Sequence record: DRR378314_956
Strand: one strand, 5' to 3'
DNA: 64,000 nucleotides
In this document: piece by piece, positions 41,664 to 53,325 of the stretch
How the letters are laid out: every line of letters begins with the position of its first letter
Position numbering within the stretch: the stretch's first letter is position 1
The notes under the pieces: model-generated
The model's database searches: none
Seen by the model: only the letters and a program-made list of their open reading frames with translations
What the model was told of the DNA's origin: nothing
Program-made: the position numbers and the translations under genes

Positions 41664-43109
41664 GTGATCCGCTCATTCTATTGGCACGACTACGAAACCT
41701 TTGGTGTCGACCCCATACACGATCGCCCGTCCCAGTTTGCCGGGGTGCGCACGGATGCGGATCTGAACATCATCGAAGACCCGCTGATCATCTACTGCGC
41801 ACCGGCTGACGACTACGTGCCCTCGCCGGAGGCCTGCCTGATCACCGGCATCACCCCGCAAAAGGCTCTGGAGGAAGGCTTCCCCGAGGCAGAGTTTATC
41901 GCACAGATCAACGAGGCCTTCAGCCAGCCTGGCACCTGCGCCGTGGGTTACAACAGCCTGCGTTTCGATGACGAAGTGTCCCGCCACACCCTGTACCGCA
42001 ACCTTCGCGACCCCTATGCCCGGGAATGGCAGAACGGCAATTCCCGCTGGGATATCATCGACATGGTGCGCCTGACTTACGCGTTGCGGCCAGAGGGCAT
42101 CCAATGGCCAAAGAAGGAAGACGGTAGCCCCAGTTTCAGGTTGGAAGAACTCACGGTCGCCAACGGCATTGCCCATGAAGCCGCTCACGATGCCTTGTCG
42201 GATGTAGAGGCTACCATCGCGGTGGCAAAGCTGATCAAGGAAAAGCAGCCCAAGCTGTTTGAGTTTGTGCTGCAAAACAAGGATAAACACTCGGCCCGCG
42301 CCATGCTGGATACCGCCAGCATGAAACCTGTGTTCCACATTTCCGCCAAGTACCCCGCTACTCGTGGCTGTTGCGCGATGGTGGCGCCTGTTGCGGACCA
42401 CCCCACCAACAAGAACCTGGTGATCGTATACGACCTGCGCGAAGACCCCAGCGAACTCATCCACGCCACGCCTGAGCAAATTCGTGAGCGGGTATTCACT
42501 TCCCAGGCGGAATTGGGGGAGGGCACCAGCCGTTTTCCACTCAAAGGCGTGCAACTGAACAAGTGCCCGGTACTGGCCCCGGCCACCATGCTGAAGTCAC
42601 TCTCTGGGGAACGCCTGGCGGAACTGGAACTGGACGGCGACAAGCTGCGCGAGCATCTGGCCATCCTGCGCAAAGCGCCGGATCTGCCAGCGCGAATTGC
42701 CCAGGCCTTCGACCAGCCCCACGAAGGGGATCTGACCGACCCGGACGAGCAGCTTTATGCCGGAGGTTTTATTGGCAAGACCGACCGCGAGAAGCTCAAC
42801 TGGCTATTGCAGCAGCCGGCGGAAACCCTGGGGGAGCAGGACGTGCGGTTTGAGGATGATCGCCTGGAAGAACTGCTCTTCCGCTATCGGGCCAGGAACT
42901 ACCCCAACACGCTGATCGGTGAAGAGATGGAGCGCTGGGAAGAATTCCGCAGCCAGCGCTTGATGAATCCAAAGAGAGGTTGGCGGTCGCTGGAGGCGTT
43001 TGGGCATGAACTGCAACGCCTGGCCGCCGATCCGGAGCTCACGCCGGAAAAGCGGCACGTTCTTGAGGAGCTTCACCTTTACGGTGAGTCCATCATCCCC
43101 TACGTCTAA
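41664..43109 (+). CDS. sbcB: Exodeoxyribonuclease I
   Basis: WHDYETFG, GYNSLRFDDE and AHDALSDV DEDDh motifs; NKCP and FRYRARN. Confidence 0.93.
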   Translation: MIRSFYWHDYETFGVDPIHDRPSQFAGVRTDADLNIIEDPLIIYCAPADDYVPSPEACLITGITPQKALEEGFPEAEFIAQINEAFSQPGTCAVGYNSLRFDDEVSRHTLYRNLRDPYAREWQNGNSRWDIIDMVRLTYALRPEGIQWPKKEDGSPSFRLEELTVANGIAHEAAHDALSDVEATIAVAKLIKEKQPKLFEFVLQNKDKHSARAMLDTASMKPVFHISAKYPATRGCCAMVAPVADHPTNKNLVIVYDLREDPSELIHATPEQIRERVFTSQAELGEGTSRFPLKGVQLNKCPVLAPATMLKSLSGERLAELELDGDKLREHLAILRKAPDLPARIAQAFDQPHEGDLTDPDEQLYAGGFIGKTDREKLNWLLQQPAETLGEQDVRFEDDRLEELLFRYRARNYPNTLIGEEMERWEEFRSQRLMNPKRGWRSLEAFGHELQRLAADPELTPEKRHVLEELHLYGESIIPYV

Positions 43110-45103
43110 CGGCGGCGCTGGAAGTACACAGACAATCCTTGCCCCATCAAACTCTGCACCTCACTCCCCAGAGCCTCGGCCTGGATCTGCTTCTGCACAG
43201 GCTTGGTGGCCAGGCTGTGGCCGTCGGTGTCCCGGGCTTTTACGAGCTTCCAGTCCACTTCGTTGCTGACCAGCGCCATCAGTTCTTTTAGCTGTCGGGA
43301 ATCCTGCTCGCTGAACCAGCGGTCGCGGCAGCCACCCAGGCCATAGAAGTCGGTTTCGGCAACCAGGGATTGCCACATTGGATCCTGCCGGTTCGTCAAT
43401 ACCATGCGCCGGAGCTGGCGAAGGGCGGTGCGCGTGGGCTTCAGGCTGTGTTGGGCGATCAGGCGGCGAATCTGTTTATCGCCGTCGGTCTGTTCGTTGA
43501 CGGCAGTGTGCATGTGGACGACCGCGCCGTTGCCGGTTGCCGAACTGACCAGGGCCGCCAGGGACACGTCGGTCATGTTTGTCGAGGGCAGGCGACCGAT
43601 TTCGATCCAGTGCACCTTGTGGTCATCGGCGACAAATTGCTGGGCGATAGACCACGGCCAGAACACGATGTTGCTGATGCCCATCTCGCCGGAGAGTCGC
43701 GTTGCCTTGGCAATGTTGGCCAGGGATTCGTCCACGGCGATCACTTCCACGTCTTTCAGGTAGTGCGCCAGCTCCATGGCGCGCTGGCCGGACTGGGCGC
43801 CACACACCATGATCCGGAGCGTTTCCGGCAGGTGCTCGGTATTCATGCCCAGTTCCGTCGCCATCATGGTCTTCAGGCTGGTTTCGGAGCGGTAGGCGAG
43901 TTTCGACCAGTTGGGCCAGGCCTGGGGAACGTCGATTTTTTCCAGGCAAAGCTCGGCCGATTTTTCGTCGAAGTTCTGTTTGATGGCTTCTTCCGAGGCG
44001 CGGTTGTAGTAGCTGGCGGCCATCATCGCCTGCATGGCGACCGGCCAGTCCACCAGGTTCCAGCGGCCCAGTTGCATGGCGAATTTCTGATGGAAGAGGG
44101 CGCCGTACATGGCGCTGATGATCAGAGAACCGATCATGCCGTCCTGTTCCTCACCCATGGCAAGTTGGGCACAGATGCTGTCGTTGATGGCGGAAGCCAG
44201 TCGCTCTTCATCGTCTTCCGCGGTCAGGGCATAGCCGGTGCGGTCGGCGTAGACCGCCAGTGCCAGCGCCAGCGGTTGGAGTTCGTCCCGCAGTTCAACG
44301 GTCTGAGCGACTTCGGCAATGATGGCGCGGCGCAGCAGGGTGGCCAGCTCTTCCACGGCTGGGTCCGGCATCAGGGTTTTTTCCAGTGCCAGGATCAGCA
44401 GTTCGTCCTCGCTGGCGGCGTCCAGAGCCACTTGGGCATTGGGATTCTCCAGGTCGTATTGCTGGCGGATGATCGCACCGACAAAGCGGCCAATTTCCTG
44501 GTGGGGCAGGCCATCATGACGCAGCAGGAGAATGGCGTCGCGGGCGAGCTTGGTGTCGGCTCTGTTTACATCCAGGTGCTCGGCACAGGTCAGCATGCCG
44601 CTGTAGATCGACGGCCAATCCAGGCCCATCTCCAGTAGTTTGCGATAGTGCAGGTAAGCCACATCAAACTGGCCTTGCAGCCGCTTTGCATGGGCAACCC
44701 CGCAGAAGGCGGCGGCGGATTGCCGGTCCATCTCCAGGGCTTGAATGAAATACTGCTCCGCCAGGGCCGGCCGCTCGGACTTGATCGCCCAGTAGCCCAG
44801 GTTGGTGAACTGCTGGGGCTGCGCCGGGTCATGGCTCAGGCTGTCGGTGAACAGGGTGTGCGCCTTTTCTAGCGCCCCATCGTCCATTTCCACGCGTCCC
44901 ATCAAGCCCAGCGCGCCGGCGTTGCCTGGTTCCTGCGCCAGAACGTCATTCAGGTAATCCCGGCACTCATGCCGGGCCTTGAGACGCTGAACCAGCGACG
45001 TCGGGCTGTTGGACTCGGCATAGGCCAGGTTTGCCTGCAGCAGGAGCCGCGCAATGTGGGCTTTTTGTGCGTCTGTGGCATGGATGTTGTGCTGTGCTTG
45101 CAT
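43106..45103 (-). CDS. TPR protein with a degenerate class I methyltransferase-like C-terminal domain
   Basis: N-terminal TPR repeats; IMVCGAQSG...VIAVDES resembles SAM motifs I/II; GAGGTG RBS before the ATG at 45103. Confidence 0.6.
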   Translation of the reverse strand: MQAQHNIHATDAQKAHIARLLLQANLAYAESNSPTSLVQRLKARHECRDYLNDVLAQEPGNAGALGLMGRVEMDDGALEKAHTLFTDSLSHDPAQPQQFTNLGYWAIKSERPALAEQYFIQALEMDRQSAAAFCGVAHAKRLQGQFDVAYLHYRKLLEMGLDWPSIYSGMLTCAEHLDVNRADTKLARDAILLLRHDGLPHQEIGRFVGAIIRQQYDLENPNAQVALDAASEDELLILALEKTLMPDPAVEELATLLRRAIIAEVAQTVELRDELQPLALALAVYADRTGYALTAEDDEERLASAINDSICAQLAMGEEQDGMIGSLIISAMYGALFHQKFAMQLGRWNLVDWPVAMQAMMAASYYNRASEEAIKQNFDEKSAELCLEKIDVPQAWPNWSKLAYRSETSLKTMMATELGMNTEHLPETLRIMVCGAQSGQRAMELAHYLKDVEVIAVDESLANIAKATRLSGEMGISNIVFWPWSIAQQFVADDHKVHWIEIGRLPSTNMTDVSLAALVSSATGNGAVVHMHTAVNEQTDGDKQIRRLIAQHSLKPTRTALRQLRRMVLTNRQDPMWQSLVAETDFYGLGGCRDRWFSEQDSRQLKELMALVSNEVDWKLVKARDTDGHSLATKPVQKQIQAEALGSEVQSLMGQGLSVYFQRRR

Positions 45104-45132
45104 GGGACACCTCGTTAACCTGTCGCGGCAAT

Positions 45133-45160
45133 AAAGCGGCAAAGGTCTGCAGTTTTTTGA
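45133..45160 (-). promoter_or_regulatory. Possible sigma28 (FliA) promoter for the TPR gene
   Basis: Minus strand TCAAA-N15-GCCGCTTT versus consensus TAAA-N15-GCCGATAA; imperfect -10 element. Confidence 0.3.
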
Positions 45161-45325
45161 CGGTTTGCAGTGTTATGGGAGGAGTACAGCGAAAGGCGTG
45201 CCAGTTTTTTGAAGAAGCGGCTGTAAGTGGTTTGACCTTGGTGAAATAAGGGGGGGTGTGTACTATCCTCTAGTCCTGTGGGGCTTTGGTTCCCTGTTAC
45301 GTTCCCTGACTCTTGGCGGAATTAA

Positions 45326-47490
<2,165 letters not shown>

Positions 47491-47511
47491 CGGTTGGCAG
47501 GAACGGTCTGT

Positions 47512-48777
47512 ATGTCAAAACACCTGATGATCATCGGCGCGGGCCCAAACCAGATGCCCGCCATTCGCATGGCCCGGAGCAGGGGCTACCGGGTGACCGT
47601 GACCGATTATGACCCCAATGCCGTGGGGTTTGCCGAGGCCGATCACCATGGCGTTGTCAGCACCCGTGACGCCGATGCCACGGTGGCGTTTGCACGCGCA
47701 CTGCACGACAAGGAACCGCTGGATGGTGTGATGACCCTGGCGTCAGAGAGCGCGGTTGCCGTCGCGTCGGTTGCCGAAGAACTCGGCCTGCCCGGAACTT
47801 CCAGGAACTCGGCCTGGTTGGCAACTCATAAGGTCGACCGGCAGCGCACGTTCGCAGCGGCGGACATACCCGCGCCTGGTTTCCAGGCTGCAAGTTCCCT
47901 GGAGGAAGGCGTTGCCGCCGCGGACCGGTTGGGATGGCCTGTGGTCGTCAAGCCCGCCGACAGTGCGGGGTCCCGGGGAGTAAGGCTGGTCCACGACCAG
48001 CAGGGCATGGCGTCAGCCGTTGATGAAATTCGAGGTGTCAGCGGCCAGGTGGAATTCCTAGTAGAGGAATACCTGGAGGGCACGGAACACAGTATCGAGG
48101 GTGTGGTACTGAATGGCGAGGTGTTCTGGGCGGCAATCTCCGACCGGAATTATGATGACAAGCACCGGTATCCGCCGTATTTCCTCGAAGATGGCGATAC
48201 CCTGCCGTCGCTGGTTAACGACGAGGTTGCCGAGGAGATTCGTTCGGTTTCGACGCGCGCGGTCCGGGCCCTCGGTATTCATTGGGGGCCGGTCAAAGGC
48301 GACATCATCGTTGCTCCGGATGGGCCACGGGTCCTTGAAATGGCCGCCCGGCTGTCCGGTGATTATTTCTGCTATGAGACCATTCCTTTGCACAATGGCA
48401 TCGACTTGCTGGCGGTGGTGATGGATATGGCCGTTGGTTATACCGTCGATTCTGCGAGGTTGAAGCCCTCAAAGCATCAGGGCGTCGCTTTGCGGTACGT
48501 ATGGCCCAAACCCGGTGTGGTCACCGACATTCGGGGTGTAGAAGATGCGAAGGCGCAGACGGGCATTCATTTTGTCCGGCTGGAGCCCCACTGGGTGGGC
48601 CTGGCACCGGGGGATCGGATCGCCCCGGCCAGTTCCATGGGGGAGCGTGTGATGTCGGTGATGGCGTGGGGCGCTGGTCGTGAAGAGGCGGTCGCGCGGG
48701 CGTGCCGGGCTGTTAACACAGTTCACATCGACACTCGCCCTGAAGAGAGCGATCTCCCGCGCCCGAGGGGGGCCTGA
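47512..48777 (+). CDS. ATP-grasp ligase
   Basis: IIGAG..Q, PVVVKPADSAGSRGV, LVEEYLEG.E.S and LEMAARLSG. Confidence 0.85.
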   Translation: MSKHLMIIGAGPNQMPAIRMARSRGYRVTVTDYDPNAVGFAEADHHGVVSTRDADATVAFARALHDKEPLDGVMTLASESAVAVASVAEELGLPGTSRNSAWLATHKVDRQRTFAAADIPAPGFQAASSLEEGVAAADRLGWPVVVKPADSAGSRGVRLVHDQQGMASAVDEIRGVSGQVEFLVEEYLEGTEHSIEGVVLNGEVFWAAISDRNYDDKHRYPPYFLEDGDTLPSLVNDEVAEEIRSVSTRAVRALGIHWGPVKGDIIVAPDGPRVLEMAARLSGDYFCYETIPLHNGIDLLAVVMDMAVGYTVDSARLKPSKHQGVALRYVWPKPGVVTDIRGVEDAKAQTGIHFVRLEPHWVGLAPGDRIAPASSMGERVMSVMAWGAGREEAVARACRAVNTVHIDTRPEESDLPRPRGA

Positions 48778-50573
48778 TGGCAGCTTTTCACGTGGTGTTT
48801 CGCGCGGCCTGCAGTCGCGCCCAGGGCACCGGCCACTTCCGGCGCTGCCTGACGCTGGCGCAACGGATGGTCGACCGTGGTTGGCAGGTGCTGGTTCTGG
48901 CGGACGATAACGAGGCGTCCCGTGCCGTGGGGCACCTGCAAAACTCAGTGTCGGTAGATTATGTCCCCGAGGATGTGCTGATTCCGGCGGGGCAGGCCAA
49001 CCCAACGGTGTTTGTGGTGGATATGCCGGTCACCGACGAGCAACTGGCGATACATCCCGAATGGATACGGGCCCTGCGAGGGCTGGACGGCGATGGTACG
49101 GCGGTCATCTCACTGGGGCATGTATCCTCCAATAGCGGCAGCTTTCGTGCGGTCATTGATCTCTATCCGTCCCAGACGGTACACGCGGTGAACTATTTTG
49201 AAGGCCTCGAGTACCTCATCCTACGCCCGGAATTTGCCGGGGCTACCGCGTCGCGACCTGATAACGGTCCATTGCTCGTTTCAATGGGCGGCAGTGATCC
49301 ATTCGACCTGACTCGTTGCGCCCTTGAGTCGCTTGCTATGGCAGGCTACCCGGGAGACGTCGCCCTGGTGCTTGGCGCTGCCTATACAGGGGACGAAACG
49401 GCTTTGGAGGCCCTGGCAGACGCGTCGGGTTTCCGGTTGCAGATTCACCGCGAACTGGGACCTTCGGCCATGGCTGCGCTGATGAAACAGTGCACTCTGG
49501 GGCTCGTTGCGTTTGGAACAACGGCGTATGAGATGATGGCGCTGGGTCGCCCGGCTCTCGTGTTTGCCCATTATCGCTGGCAGGAGGCATCGGCGTGCCT
49601 CTTCGACCGGCTTGGTGCCCTCCAGTACATGGGGTGCGGGGAAGCCGGGCTGGCGTCCTCGCAGATCGGGAAGCGTCTGGGGCAATGGCTGGCGGACAAG
49701 CCGGCGCTGGACAGTTTGGCTCGGCGTGGTCCGGCACTCATTGATGGTCAGGGCGCTTCACGGGTGGCAGACATATTGGAGACTTACGGTATGGAAACGC
49801 AACAGCGCAAGCTTGATGTGCTTTTTGTCGTCGCTCACCCGGGGGATGAATTGCTGGGCGCGGGCGCCACACTGCTTCGCCTTGTCAGGCAGGGCAAGAA
49901 AGTCGGCCTGGTCGTGCTGGGTGAGGGGGTGGCAAGTCGCTGGAGCGGCGAAGAGCACGACGGGGAAAAACAGGATGCCAGGCAATCAATCACTTCGGCG
50001 CTGCAGCGGGTTGTGGATCGGTCCGGGCTCCATGCCTGGTATTACTACCGGTTTGAGGACAATCGCTTTGACCGACATGACCTTCTTGAGTTGGTGAAGG
50101 TTGTGGAAGTCGTGATCGATCGGCACCAGCCCCATACCGTTTATACCCATCATCCCGGCGATATGAATGTGGATCACCGCCTCTGCTTTGAGGCAGTGAT
50201 GACAGCCGCGCGGCCCCAGCATCCATGTTCCGTCAAGACCATCTTCAGTATCGAAACGCCGTCTTCAACGGATTGGGGGCAATCGCTGGGACGGCCGGCG
50301 TTTACCCCCAACTGGTTTGAGCCCGTCGACAGCACCCTTGATGACAAACTGGAGCTGCTGGAGGAGTATGGTTCTGAACTGCGTGCCGAACCTCATCCGC
50401 GGTCGCTGGCAGCGATTCGTGACCTGGCCGGACACTGGGGGCGGCGATGCGGTGTGGAGGCCGCCGAGGCGTTCGTTTTACAGCGGCATATCGCGAATAC
50501 GGGTGTAGAAACAGACACAAACGAAGTGCCTGGCAAGGCATCGTTGGAACAAAAAGGTACTCATGAATCCTGA
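48777..50573 (+). CDS. PseG/SpsG-like hydrolase fused to a PIG-L/LmbE deacetylase-like domain
   Basis: N-terminal FRA..S...GTGHFRRCLTLA, MGGSD and GTT.YE; C-terminal AHPGDE, THHPGDMNVDHR, ETPSST and AEAF. Confidence 0.75.
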   Translation: MAAFHVVFRAACSRAQGTGHFRRCLTLAQRMVDRGWQVLVLADDNEASRAVGHLQNSVSVDYVPEDVLIPAGQANPTVFVVDMPVTDEQLAIHPEWIRALRGLDGDGTAVISLGHVSSNSGSFRAVIDLYPSQTVHAVNYFEGLEYLILRPEFAGATASRPDNGPLLVSMGGSDPFDLTRCALESLAMAGYPGDVALVLGAAYTGDETALEALADASGFRLQIHRELGPSAMAALMKQCTLGLVAFGTTAYEMMALGRPALVFAHYRWQEASACLFDRLGALQYMGCGEAGLASSQIGKRLGQWLADKPALDSLARRGPALIDGQGASRVADILETYGMETQQRKLDVLFVVAHPGDELLGAGATLLRLVRQGKKVGLVVLGEGVASRWSGEEHDGEKQDARQSITSALQRVVDRSGLHAWYYYRFEDNRFDRHDLLELVKVVEVVIDRHQPHTVYTHHPGDMNVDHRLCFEAVMTAARPQHPCSVKTIFSIETPSSTDWGQSLGRPAFTPNWFEPVDSTLDDKLELLEEYGSELRAEPHPRSLAAIRDLAGHWGRRCGVEAAEAFVLQRHIANTGVETDTNEVPGKASLEQKGTHES

Positions 50574-52209
50574 TCTGGAACAGTGGTTACAACAGAAACG
50601 CCTGGACACCGGTCTTCGTGATTGGGCGGGAGACCTGCTCATGGCATTGTGTGAGGTGGACACCTCGCTTGGCAGTGACCTTGATCGTCTTCGCGCCAAT
50701 GAGCAGGCTTGTTTTCAGACGCTGACGGAGGCGATGACCCCGTTCCTTGGCGCCGATTCCGAGGCCCGTCCACTGGGTGTGCCCAGGCAGATTGAAGACG
50801 ACCCCTATTTCACCAAACCCTATTACGCTGGCCCGTCCGCTGATGACGTAGAGGCCGTCTATCGCGGGCGTTTCAACTGGCTTTTGGACCCAGCGCCGTC
50901 AGCAAACGGCGATCACTGGCTGTTGAACGCCCATGTGGACACGGTTCCGCCGCACATTCCACCCCAACGGATCAACGACCATCGTATCGCTGGCCGGGGT
51001 TCGGCAGACGACAAGAACGGCCTGGTGGCGATGGCGCTGGTGCAACGCCTGTTGCAGGAATGGGAACAGTCAACGGGCGAAAGGCCCGAGTGGCCCGTTC
51101 GATACCTGGTGTCGATCGATGAAGAAATGGGGGGCAACGGCACCTTGGGCGCGGTCACCCATCTGGACCTGGCGCAAAGCCACATCGTGGTTGCAGAGCC
51201 GTCCAGTCTGTTGCCCTATCCCGCCAATCGCGGTGCGGTCTGGTTTGCGGCGAGCCTGTCGGTGACCGACGAAGCGCGTCGGGCGGATCTGTACGGGCTG
51301 TATGCGGTGGTCGCGGACGCGTTGATGGCCGAGGGCCGTCGGATCCGGGGAGAGAGTAGCCATCCCATGTTCCACGCACCCAAGGATGCGCAAACCTGTT
51401 TCGGCATCCTCGGCCCCTTTGGGGCACACCCATCCTCAGCCTGCGATGACGTTGAGCTTCGTTGGCCCCTGGACGGAGAACCGAAAGAGTCCGCCCTGTC
51501 GGTCCTGGAACGGGCGCGCATGGTTATTGCGAACGCTTTGACGGCGGCGATCGACGGCGGGCGCCTGGTTCACGCGACAAAGGACCCGGAGGTAACGCTG
51601 TCGGGTTCAGAGGAACAGCCGGAAGTTCATGTTCGAATAACCGCGAGGGGCGGGCATATGGGCTCCCATGAACGGGACAGTGATGCCCTCGCCAAGGCTG
51701 CGGAACTGATCCTGGCAATGAAGCACGAGGGCTTTGGTTGCCCGATCTGGCCCGGGGCTGAAACAGCGTTCACTCTCGAGGGCGGGCAAGGGTTCCTGCC
51801 GGACCGCCCCCTTGAAAATCTACAGCAGAGAATGAGCCGTGCCTTTGATGAAGGTGTTAATAAAGCGTGCCGTGAATTCGGCATCGAACGCGCGTTGATT
51901 GAGGCGTCGATTACATTCGACAAACTCCATAATGCGGCCTTCTGCAGTGCCACTGATGCACCGGGCGGGGAACGCCTTGGGCGGGCCATTGCGGCCCTTG
52001 AAGAGTCGGGCATGCCCGAGCTTCGGGGCTGGAAAGCCAGTTGTGACGCCCGCATTTTTGCCCGCCAATGCCCGGACGTAACCACCTTTGGCCCTGGCGC
52101 TCTTGAGGTGGCTCATAGCGCTGACGAGGCCATTGAGCTGCAGGATATTCTCGATATGGCTGCGTATTTCGTGCATGCGGTCCTCCAGAAAGACAGGCGG
52201 TTATCATGA
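50563..52209 (+). CDS. M20-family metallo-amidohydrolase (ArgE/DapE-like)
   Basis: NAHVDTV, GRGSADDK, IDEE, AEP and AHS metal-binding motifs. Confidence 0.82.
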   Translation: MNPDLEQWLQQKRLDTGLRDWAGDLLMALCEVDTSLGSDLDRLRANEQACFQTLTEAMTPFLGADSEARPLGVPRQIEDDPYFTKPYYAGPSADDVEAVYRGRFNWLLDPAPSANGDHWLLNAHVDTVPPHIPPQRINDHRIAGRGSADDKNGLVAMALVQRLLQEWEQSTGERPEWPVRYLVSIDEEMGGNGTLGAVTHLDLAQSHIVVAEPSSLLPYPANRGAVWFAASLSVTDEARRADLYGLYAVVADALMAEGRRIRGESSHPMFHAPKDAQTCFGILGPFGAHPSSACDDVELRWPLDGEPKESALSVLERARMVIANALTAAIDGGRLVHATKDPEVTLSGSEEQPEVHVRITARGGHMGSHERDSDALAKAAELILAMKHEGFGCPIWPGAETAFTLEGGQGFLPDRPLENLQQRMSRAFDEGVNKACREFGIERALIEASITFDKLHNAAFCSATDAPGGERLGRAIAALEESGMPELRGWKASCDARIFARQCPDVTTFGPGALEVAHSADEAIELQDILDMAAYFVHAVLQKDRRLS

Positions 52210-53294
52210 CTCGTCGGTTGGCACTTGTCGGATTGGGTACCTGGGCTGAACAGGGCCACCTTCCCGTTTATCAGGGCCCCACGCTTCGGCCTCACGCAGA
52301 GGTCGTGGCCCTTTGCAGTCGGGATATATCGAAGGCAAGGCAATGGTGTGAACGCTTCGGTATTGGCGAGGCGTTTGATGACTTTACAGACATGCTGGAA
52401 ACCGCCAGACCTGATCTGGTGGCGGTGACCACCCCGGATTCTGCGCACACGGATTATGTGGTAGCCGCGCTTGAGCACGGTTGTGACGTGTTGGTCGAAA
52501 AACCCCTGGCAACCAGTCTTGCGGATTGTGAGCGGATCCTGAAAGCCGCGGAGAGCGCCGGCCGGACAGTGATCACGCTGTTTCACAAGCGCGCAGACCC
52601 ACTCTGGAATGAAGCACGGCAGAGGATTCAATCAGGCCAGTACGGCGCCCTGCAGATGGGCATGGCCAGCATCCAGAATCCGCTGCGCGTGCCGGCAGGC
52701 GGATATTTCAGCTCGCCGTTTGCCGCCAGCAGTGACCCGAACTGGTTCCTCGGCACCCACTTTTACGATTTGCTCCGGTACATGACCGGGCTGGACCCGA
52801 TCAAAGTGAATGCGTCAGCCTATTCAAAGGTGCTGCCTGAACAACGTGTGGACACGCTGGACGCGGTAAAGGCAGATATCGTCTTTGGCGGCAGCGGCGA
52901 GGGGCCACTGGCCTCGGTGTCCGTGATGCTTTCCTGGAACCTGCCCAACCCCTCCACGGCGCTGACCAAGCAGGCCATGCAATTGCATTTCGAGTATGGC
53001 GAGCTGGATCTGGATGGGACACGGCGCGGATTTTCCGAGTATGGCCAGGGTCAGTTCCGGGATGTGAATCCTTACTTCATGCAGCAAACCGGAAATCGAC
53101 TGACGGGGTATGGGGCCGGCTTTCTGGAAGAGGCCACGCTTTCGCTGTTGATGGAAGGGTATGAAACAAGTATCCCCATGCCGGACCTGAACGATGCCTG
53201 GTGGGCATCCGCGTTGGCGCAGGCGGTCAAGGAATCCTGCGATCAGGGTCGGGAGGTATGGGTCAAGAAACCGCCGACCACCCTGGTTACGTAA
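52206..53294 (+). CDS. Gfo/Idh/MocA oxidoreductase
   Basis: ALVGLG, TPD..H, VEKP and GTHFYD. Confidence 0.88.
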   Translation: MTRRLALVGLGTWAEQGHLPVYQGPTLRPHAEVVALCSRDISKARQWCERFGIGEAFDDFTDMLETARPDLVAVTTPDSAHTDYVVAALEHGCDVLVEKPLATSLADCERILKAAESAGRTVITLFHKRADPLWNEARQRIQSGQYGALQMGMASIQNPLRVPAGGYFSSPFAASSDPNWFLGTHFYDLLRYMTGLDPIKVNASAYSKVLPEQRVDTLDAVKADIVFGGSGEGPLASVSVMLSWNLPNPSTALTKQAMQLHFEYGELDLDGTRRGFSEYGQGQFRDVNPYFMQQTGNRLTGYGAGFLEEATLSLLMEGYETSIPMPDLNDAWWASALAQAVKESCDQGREVWVKKPPTTLVT

Positions 53295-53325
53295 CACTCT
53301 CTGCAGATGGAGCCGGATCAGTTCG

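Noticed and set aside
41673-44638. Long antisense ORFs (293 aa over sbcB, 422 aa over the TPR gene)
   Set aside because: Typical antisense open frames caused by codon bias; the opposite strand has the recognisable proteins.
53194-53325. Arg-rich N-terminal extension of the NeuB-family ORF
   Set aside because: It overlaps the upstream gene; family similarity begins after ATG 53326.
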